Source of the DNA: Octopus vulgaris
Lineage: Eukaryota
Direction of reading: 5' to 3'
Length of the DNA: 64,000 nucleotides
Assembly: GCA_951406725.2 (NCBI GenBank)
Contig: OX597817.1
Span: 54,870,001-54,934,000 of the forward strand
In this document: positions 55,924 through 64,000 of the stretch, piece by piece
Layout of the letters: each line of letters opens with the position of its first letter
Position numbering within the stretch: the stretch's first letter is position 1
Notes under the pieces: model-generated
Told to the model about the DNA's origin: nothing
Seen by the model: the letters and a program-made list of their open reading frames with translations, nothing else
The model's database searches: none
Position numbers and translations under genes: made by a program

Positions 55924-56195
55924 ATGCCACAAATAAAAAAATACCACAGCGCCGCTATTAATAGAAGAAGGTCAGGCTTGTGTAGGATAAAAGACTGCAA
56001 AGATAAAGTACTATACAAGAAATTGAAAACGAATGATATTGAAAATAGGTGGGTAAAGAAAAGAATGCATGGTCAATTTCATAGGGATGTTGAAGATATA
56101 TACACATACATATATGTATATATATATGTGTGTGTATGTATACTATATGTGGATGACTATAAGTGATTTATAACCGGAAACGGAAGCTCTAATCT
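55924..56195 (+). mobile_element. R4/Dong-type LINE fragment (post-RT region)
   Basis: Translation ENRWVKKRMHGQFHRDVED...MWMTISDL*PETEALI, interrupted by a TA/TG repeat; adjacent to (AAT)n 55827-55912. Confidence 0.7.
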
Positions 56196-56249
56196 ATTTT
56201 GTATTTCGCCGTCTCCTTCTACAGAAGGAGACGGCGAAATACAAAAGCG

Positions 56250-57427
56250 TTTTCTTGTTTTTATTTTTGTATGTGTTGCTTTATTACATACTGTTGTCTT
56301 CCACTTCTTTGTTTCTCAGTATTTTTGTAGTACAAATTTTGTTATTTTATAGTAGTTCTCTATCTGTGACGGACCGTCACTTCCTTCTGAGCAGCAGAGA
56401 GATATTCTGTATCTGCTTTGTGATGGTGACATCAGTATGCTGCAAATAGTTGCCTGGTTTCGTATCTAAGTTTCTCAATTCATTAATCTTCCTGTATATT
56501 ATGATGTAGCTGTAATTTACGACTAGTATGGCTAGCGTGCTTATCCCTTTTATCTTAGCTTAAGCATTGAATTCAGAGTTTAATATTAGTCTAAACTCCT
56601 GTATCGTTTCGTTTTTTGATTTGGTTTGCAAGATTCTTTATATGAGTTCGTGTGTTGAAGTATATTCTGTTGTGTCTGGGGTGAGTCATTTTCTTTTTAT
56701 GCCTTAAAACTACTGAAAAGGTTGCAAGACTCAACGAAAATTTTAGGACAATAGAAATAAGAAAAAAGTGGAAATTTTACCGGTGAGTGTGTTACATAAT
56801 GAGGCACAAAAAGAAAATGACTCTCCCCAGACACTCCTGTATAGTATTCTCTCCTAATTTTCTCTTTCGTTTCTACGTATTGTATTGTATTTTAGCTATT
56901 TTGTCTATTACTAGATACTTCTATGCGCAAATGTGGTCTAATTCTCTCATTTCTCTGTTTTTGTCGAGTACAGTGTTTTACAGTGTTGATCAATTCGCCT
57001 CTTCTTAATATCACTTTGTCACATTTGTCCAACCCCATGTTTGTCCTATTATCGTCGCTGAAACTATGGACAACTTTTAGGTTCTTTCGTTCCGTGGTAT
57101 TCTTAGTGAGTTTATTTTTCAAGTCATCCATGTACAGGAGATGGTTTATTGTCTATCCATATCGTCTGTAACCAATAGAGGTTTCATTTAACATGTCTAT
57201 TAGTGGGATCAGAGCATAACAGAATAGCAGGGATCACAGCGAGTCTCCTTGGAAAATTCCTATTATTATGGATATACGTTAGGTCTAAATGACTTGTGAA
57301 TCATTTTTCAGTGTTACGCTGGTATTTTTCAGTTTGCCTTTGTACGGCTGATATATTTTAGTAGCGTGGGAGCTACTTTATTTGTGTCGACAGACTCTGG
57401 TATCCATAAATGAAGAACTCTGTTGAA
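56250..57427 (-). mobile_element. Decayed R4/Dong-type LINE reverse transcriptase fragment
   Basis: Minus-strand motifs GIFQGDSL*SLLFCYALIPL, INHLLYMDDLK, FSDD...MGLDKC, KEKIRREYY, ILNSE-NA, ELRNLDTKTR. Confidence 0.8.
56605..56832. mobile_element. Short fold-back element inserted in the R4 ORF with a 10-bp TSD
   Basis: ACTCCTGTAT duplicated at 56595-56604 and 56833-56842; inverted arms 56672-56704 / 56802-56834; homologous to 7113-7292. Confidence 0.85.
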
Positions 57428-57432
57428 TATTT

Positions 57433-57576
57433 AGAAAATTACTATTTATAAATCTCACAACGAGGGATACTTAGCAACAGCACTTTGGAGTACCTGTTAT
57501 GTTGGCAAATAAGCTTTACTCCAAAGTACTGCTGCTAAATACCTCTCGTTGTGAGATTTACAAATGCTAATTTTCT
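57433..57576. repeat. Imperfect inverted repeat with ~60-bp arms
   Basis: AAATCTCACAACGAG...TTAGCAACAGCACTTTGGAGTA / TACTCCAAAGTACTGCTGCTAA...CTCGTTGTGAGATTT. Confidence 0.85.
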
Positions 57577-57912
57577 GAATTACAGCAACATTCGTCCTAA
57601 ACCAGGACTGACATATTTTGTTGGTAAATAAGCTTTACTCCACTGTTGAATACATTTTGGTATTGAATCCAAGTCTTGAAATATTTTTTCCTCCGCCCCA
57701 AATATTGGCACGATTTACTTAGAGGCTATTCTTTACGGCCATACATCCCTTTCCGACACTGTAAGGTGGCAGACAAAGAGCAGCCTGTACGCACGCGCGG
57801 TCGCGCGCACACACATTCACAAACGCACACACAAATACATACATACATACAAACGCACACGCACTAGCAAACAAATATAGATGTATGTATATAATTACAT
57901 TTATACGTATGT

Positions 57913-57965
<53 letters not shown>

Positions 57966-58025
57966 TACATACATACATACATATATACATACATACATAC
58001 ATACATACATACATACATACATACA

Positions 58026-58061
<36 letters not shown>

Positions 58062-58906
58062 TAATTACATGAATTGAACATCAGTAATGTCAGGAATTTT
58101 ATTATATAGAATTATATTTATCTGAAAAAGATAAGATATAGGATTGTGGCATGCAGCTTTAGATGTCAGCAATGCATTTATATGTTACTTTCAAGCAATC
58201 CAGATTGTTAAAAATGACAAATCTTCATTAGGAAACAGAGCAAAAGAAACACTGGTGTTTCCATTATTTTGTCCAACGCTTGTGTACATAAGTATATTAA
58301 GAGAAGGATTTTTTTCTTAAAGTTATTAACTGCTTAAAAAAATATTTCAGAAAACAAAATGAGCACACTATAAAAACATTCTTCCCCAAAGGCCTGAAAC
58401 TTTCTGTTGAAAAAAAATTTCTTTAAACATAGTTACTGTATCGAGTAGGTTTTGCTTAAACATTTAAAAGCACATGTGTTTAAATATATACAGACATTCA
58501 TGCATACATACATGCATACACACACATATATAATATATATATATATATTTATATGTATATATATTATTTGTATATATGCATGTATGTATGTATATATATA
58601 TATATATATATAATGTTTGTATGTATGTATATATACATGTGCGCGTATATATTTATATGTATTATGCATAATATATATGTGCATGTATGTATGTATGTGT
58701 ATATATATATGTGCATATATATATTTATATGTATACATATTATTTGTATATATGTATATATATATATATACTATTTGTATGTATGTATATATGAATGTGT
58801 GTGTATGTATGTATATGTATTATGCATAATATATATGTGTATGTACGTATATATGTATGTATATATATATATTTATATGTATACATATTATTTGTATATA
58901 TGTATG

Positions 58907-58944
<38 letters not shown>

Positions 58945-59225
58945 CACGTGCGCATACATACACACACGCACACACACACACACACGCACACACACGTACC
59001 CACACACTCATATATTTATAAAGCTTGCCATTTGCTGTTGACGTAAATACGTATTTTCTGTATACATGTGCGTGTCTGTGATGGTACGGTGTGTACATGT
59101 GTGTGTATATATATTTGTACATTTGTGTGTGTGTGTGAATGCGTGCATTATTTGTGTATGGGGAAATCGTTTAACAGCTCAACTCATGGCAAAAACTAAT
59201 TTCCTCCACACCGCTCCACCCTGGT

Positions 59226-59293
59226 CCCCCCACCGCCACCTCCAATAGAGAAACGTTCCCCTTGACGCTAAAAACAAAATGGCGGCCTGACGT
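59226..59293 (+). promoter_or_regulatory. Candidate promoter/enhancer motif cluster (CCAAT, TGACG half-sites, YY1)
   Basis: C-rich box 59226-59240, CCAAT 59242-59246, CAAAATGGCGGC 59275-59286, TGACGT 59288-59293 in unique sequence. Confidence 0.35.
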
Positions 59294-59887
59294 TTGAAAT
59301 AACGGAGGTAATTTAAAAATTACTAAATCTAATTAATGATTGACTTAATTAAAATAAAACATAAAACCATAAGGATAATAAATAATTAACAAACCAAGAG
59401 AACTACTCAATTAAATTCCATTTGGAGAGTATGATCATGAAATTAGTTGGTTCATGCGGAAAACGCCGGGAAGATAAAACACCTGTACGATGTTTAGATG
59501 AAATCACTTTACTTCTACACACATACATACACACACACACACACACATACATACACACATACACACACACACAGACACACACACACACAGAGGCACAAAC
59601 ACACAGAGGTAAGTATGGATATACGAAGGAATAGAAAATAGTGCATGTCGTGTTTAGATGTTTAGAATAGCTAGAAATGGTAGTCACTTGTTCCTCATGT
59701 CATTCCGTCTACGTCTTTGTGAGAGGGCTATATTATTCCAAGGTATTATAATGTCTTAGATATATTAATGGCCAAGTTTCACAAATGGAATGAAAATTAG
59801 CAGAGGATTGGTTCATCCGTACTGACATGATGCTAAACTTTAATAACCACCTATGGATACATAGTTACATACATTGATCCATATGTA

Positions 59888-59939
<52 letters not shown>

Positions 59940-59940
59940 A

Positions 59941-60021
<81 letters not shown>

Positions 60022-61090
60022 CTGGCACCGCGAGTGTCGCGTTGCTTTCAAGCAACTCTGCCGTCCCGGGTCGACCTTGAGTGACTTCAACTCAACCAAA
60101 GCATTCTATAGGGGATTAGTGGAGGGGAGATACGGCGACGATCTTGGGGCAAACCTGGGCGTCGACAATGAATACCTGACCCGCCTGTTTGAAACGACTT
60201 TCGGGCTGGGACCTATGGACAACTTCCAGAGATCCCTGGCCTGGCAGTGCTACCGAGAAGCGCTACCCGTTCGGAATAAGCTCTATAAGCATGGCTCGAG
60301 AAACACGGGGCCGACCTGCCCGAGATGCAGGCAGAGCGACGAAACCGTTCTGCACGCAATCGAGCAGTGTCCAACAATCTCCGACCTGTGGGCATATGTC
60401 GAATGACTGCTGTCACGTGTGGGACGTGTCGGTTTATCAGCCGAGTCTATCGTTAATGTCGTCACACCTCCTTCCTTCAAACGGGAAGGAAGGGCTATTT
60501 TTATCATACTTGTGGCTATGGCGAAAGAATGTATCTGGTGGACGCGCCTAAAAGGATTAGAGACAAACACTTTCCTCTCTTGTCAATCTCTCATCAACTT
60601 CTTCAAGTATCACTTGAAGAGGAAAGTGAGAGTAGAGAGGCAAGTTTTGTCTAGTGAATGTTTTAAAAAAAGATGGGTGAATGTAGCAAGGATGGCACGT
60701 ATGAATGACGAAGCCACCATGACTATGATCCTATGAACCGAAAAATTAATACAGAGAGTTGCTTATTTGTAAAAAAAAATATAACATGTGACTTCATTGA
60801 CCGAGGTTACCGTGGTCTTTTCCGCTGGCTTTTCTTTCTACGGGTAAACCTCACCTGTCCTTCGCTTTACACTTTATATTGACATTTCTGTGATAACGAT
60901 CCCTATTGATCGATTTTCTTCGTTTTTCCTTTATTTTCTATCCCAATCCCCTTTTTTTTGTCCTCTTTCTTTCCTTTTACGATCCCTTTTGATCGAAAAC
61001 TAAACCCCCTTTTTTTACCCCCAAAAAGAAAAGCTCCACCTTGTAATTTGTCCTGTCTGTGTGCAGCCCTGTTTGGCTAATAAAGAAACA
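60022..61090 (+). mobile_element. Tx1/L1-clade LINE 3' fragment (zf-RVT region plus 3' UTR) inserted in (TATC)n
   Basis: WQCYREALPV...CPRCRQSDETVLHAIEQCP...W and AKECIWWTR; ORFs 60077-60406 and 60419-60736 share a frame with one TGA between them; AATAAA near 61080; (TATC)n on both flanks. Confidence 0.85.
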
Positions 61091-61123
61091 TATCTATCTA
61101 TCCATCCATCTATCCATCCATCC

Positions 61124-61201
<78 letters not shown>

Positions 61202-62716
61202 TGTCTATTGCTATATCTATTTATCAGCTATAATACTAATCCTGAGATCTATTCTTCTCAGAATTCATGTTTCCAACCACTACGTATCGTTTTGAAGATT
61301 TGTCTGTTAGTTCCCATTTCTGTATTCTCCTGTATATGAAAATACACGCGCTTATACATATCTTTTATATACGTTTGTATATGCATAATTCATATGCGTT
61401 AATATTGATGTAATGTCCGTTATATAACTAACAAGATTACGAATCATCTCTAAGCGTATAGAATAAAACTCAATGCTCTCAAATCGCATATCTTATCTCT
61501 TCTATTTCACCCTTTCTCTCTCTCCCCCTCTTCTTATATATATATATATATATATAAGTGTGTGTGATGTGTGTGTGTGTATATGTGTGTGGTATAATGT
61601 AACAACGCAACAAACCTTTGCTAAATATTTTCATCTTCCTAACGAACAGTGACACCTGATCCGATACAGTTTTCTTATTCGTTGGCCATCAGCCGTAATT
61701 ACTCAGAGCTTAACACATCTCTCATTAATCTTCATGACGCTTGATATCATATAAACTATGTGTAGGAATATAATATTTATGATATACCACAATTCCACCT
61801 ATATGAAATTATCATCATATCATCATTACGTAACCAAGAATGTCTCCATATCCTCTGGTGTGATTAGAAACATTAACGCATAATTCAAGATTATTCTTTA
61901 TCAGCTATATCACTTCGGTTTTACTCTTTGCATCTAAAATTATCTGATTAGTGAAGAAACACTAGTATATCTTAGTAAAACCCTTGAAACTGTTCAAATA
62001 CAAAAATCTTAGCTTTACTTAAAATCTCTCGAATAATGTAAGAATTTTTATCAAGGGACATGATGGTATCGTGGAGGCATTTCAACCGTGTTTCGTGGTC
62101 TGCTACCACAACAGCTCCTTTATAGGATCCCGTTGGCTCAAGATATCATCAGGCGGAACCACGTCCGGTTTCGGCCCCTACTCCTCTACCGTTTTGACGT
62201 GCCCCCCCCCCTCCTTTCGGAGGTGTCCTCAGCTCTGGTGTTGGGTGCATGTCCTCTTTCTTCTGTTCCCTGGCCTCTTTGATGTGGCGTCAACGAGTTT
62301 CAGCGGGTGATTGACTCTTTTGTCAATTTTTTTCCCTTTAAATACCTGCTGCTAGACTCCGGCAAGCAGCCCCAGCAAGCTGTCACGTGATACTGTCTCA
62401 TCTTTAACTGACCAATGAAGGCGCGTAGTCTTAGGAAAGTACATGATTGAAATAAGTATTTCGTGTAGTGTTCATAACGGTCTTTATCTGTTGGGTTGAC
62501 AGAAAACGAAAGGGAAGGCAGAAGACTGGACAATTTTATGCCGATTATCGATGCTGGGGTTTAACATTCGGTGCAGATACGTGCTACAAAAATGACGTCA
62601 TTGATTTACTAATCGAATTGTTACACGGAATACAAAACAATCACTACTCTAACACGAATAGCACTTACAAACTGACCGAGATTCAAGGCTTCCTTGTCAT
62701 GAATTCAAGTCCTACT

Positions 62717-63022
62717 CTTGTTATTTGTTCCTTCTCGAGCCACGCCTAGCTCATAGGGCCGATTTCCCGGTTTCCTTGGCGTATAGGTTCTCCACCTGGA
62801 CGGGACACCGGTCCGTCGCAGGTGAGCTGCAAGATGCAGTAGGAAAGTGTGAGAGAAAGTTGTGGCGAAAGAGTCAGCAGAAGTTCGCAATTACCTTCTA
62901 CCGGAGCCGCGTGGAGCTTAGGTGTTTCACTCATAAACACACACATCACCCGGTCTGAGATTCGAACCCACGATCCCTCGACCGCGAGTCCGCTGCTCTA
63001 ACTACTAGGCCATGTGCCTCCA
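62717..63022 (-). mobile_element. tRNA-SINE family C, tail variant 3, full length with 11-bp TSD
   Basis: CAAGTCCTACT duplicated at 62706-62716 and 63023-63033; A box TGGCCTAGTAG, B box GGTTCGAATCTC. Confidence 0.9.
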
Positions 63023-63223
63023 CAAGTCCTACTGTGGGCATGATATTTATCATGTTTAGCTTTTGCAATCTTTTCTATATTCTTTGATTGCAAACAAGTT
63101 ATTCTGTCAGCCCGTCATTTCTGTGTATTCCTTTGCACTGAGCATCTGTTTTCCCCCAGGATTCCTCCATCTGTTCCATGTCCAATGTTATCGATTTGTG
63201 TGTCCACAAACATCAGGTCTTCA

Positions 63224-63454
63224 GGCGGCGAGCTGGCAGAAACGTTAGCACGCCAGGCGAAATGCTTAGCGTTATTTCGTCTGCCGTTACGTTCTGAGTT
63301 CAAATTCGGCCGAAGTCGACTTAGCCTTTCATCATTTCGAGGTCGATTGAATAAGTACCAGTTATGCACTAGAGTCGATGTAATCGACTTAATCCCTTTA
63401 TCTGTCATTGTTTGTCCCCTCTATATTTAGCCCCTTGTGGGCAATAAAGAGATA
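63224..63454 (+). mobile_element. tRNA-SINE family A, full length with TSD
   Basis: GGCGGCGAGCTGGCAGAAACGTTAGCAC head to CCCCTTGTGGGCAATAAAGA; ACAAACATCAG duplicated at 63206 and 63455. Confidence 0.9.
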
Positions 63455-64000
63455 ACAAACATCAGATTTTTATGAAGGGTTAACAGCATTTGACTCACTG
63501 CCTTTCCCCGTCTTTTTATTTCTTTCCCTGTTTCAATACAGTTTATACGAAACTACGCCCAAGCTGCAGCGGATCGTGACCAGCCAGTCGAATTTTTCGT
63601 TCTGATAAATGGTATTCAATGTTATCAGCCAAACCAAGTGGGTTGACGGTTTCTCCATTGACAGAATGAATATATATTTAGAAATCCTGGGTAAGACTTT
63701 GAACTGCATCCATTTGTAGGGCCCTGGAACTCCTGCTCCAAACCCCTACAACTTTCGAGGAGTGTGGAACTACTTCTTAACCACTATGGCTCCCAGGTCG
63801 AATCTGTGTGGGTTAGCATGTCGACTAAAACCTGCTCTAGCTTCCTTCCTTGGTGAAATCCAGCACAGCGTTTGTTCCGAGATCACCTGATTGCCCTGGT
63901 CACGCAGCATCTGCGTCTGTCTGACGTTCGGAGGCAAGCTGCGTGTCTTGTGCTGCTATTAGCTACAGCAGAACTAAGACAAGTAAACTGGCTGTAAATG

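Noticed and set aside
62085-62155. CTGATGA...GTGGT/ACCAC-GAAAC on the minus strand
   Set aside because: The core and the hairpin are separated by ~35 unpaired nt and stem I does not pair.

Overview
AT-rich animal genomic DNA saturated with microsatellites ((TA)n, (CA)n, (TATG)n, (TATC)n, (ATT)n, (GA)n). The repeat families look like a coleoid cephalopod (Octopus-like) intergenic or intronic region; this taxon call is an inference. I could not support any intact host protein-coding exon, and nearly all ORF-track entries are microsatellite read-through. The recognisable content is mobile DNA: a 5'-truncated, inactivated CR1-group LINE (47371-50000); a Tx1/L1-clade 3' fragment inside (TATC)n; R4/Dong-type RLE-LINE fragments beside (TAA)n and (TACA)n; internally deleted mariner and Tc1 transposons; Tc1/mariner-, piggyBac- and hAT-like MITEs; and many tRNA-derived SINEs of at least four families. 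The main unexplained signal is about 13 complete or degenerate type I hammerhead ribozyme (HHR) motifs (CUGANGA-stem II-GAAA-short, often palindromic helix III-UH), plus several half motifs. They sit in short non-coding elements that are often fold-back palindromes embedded in microsatellites, the signature of Penelope-like element (PLE) or retrozyme ends. One family fuses a tRNA-derived Pol III head, an (AAT)n tract, an HHR and a short-repeat tail (37192-37749, inverted partner 37752-37912, further pieces at 1778-1935 and 55750-55810), i.e. a candidate ribozyme-bearing SINE. All calls were made by eye; boundaries are approximate to a few bases and no database search was run.
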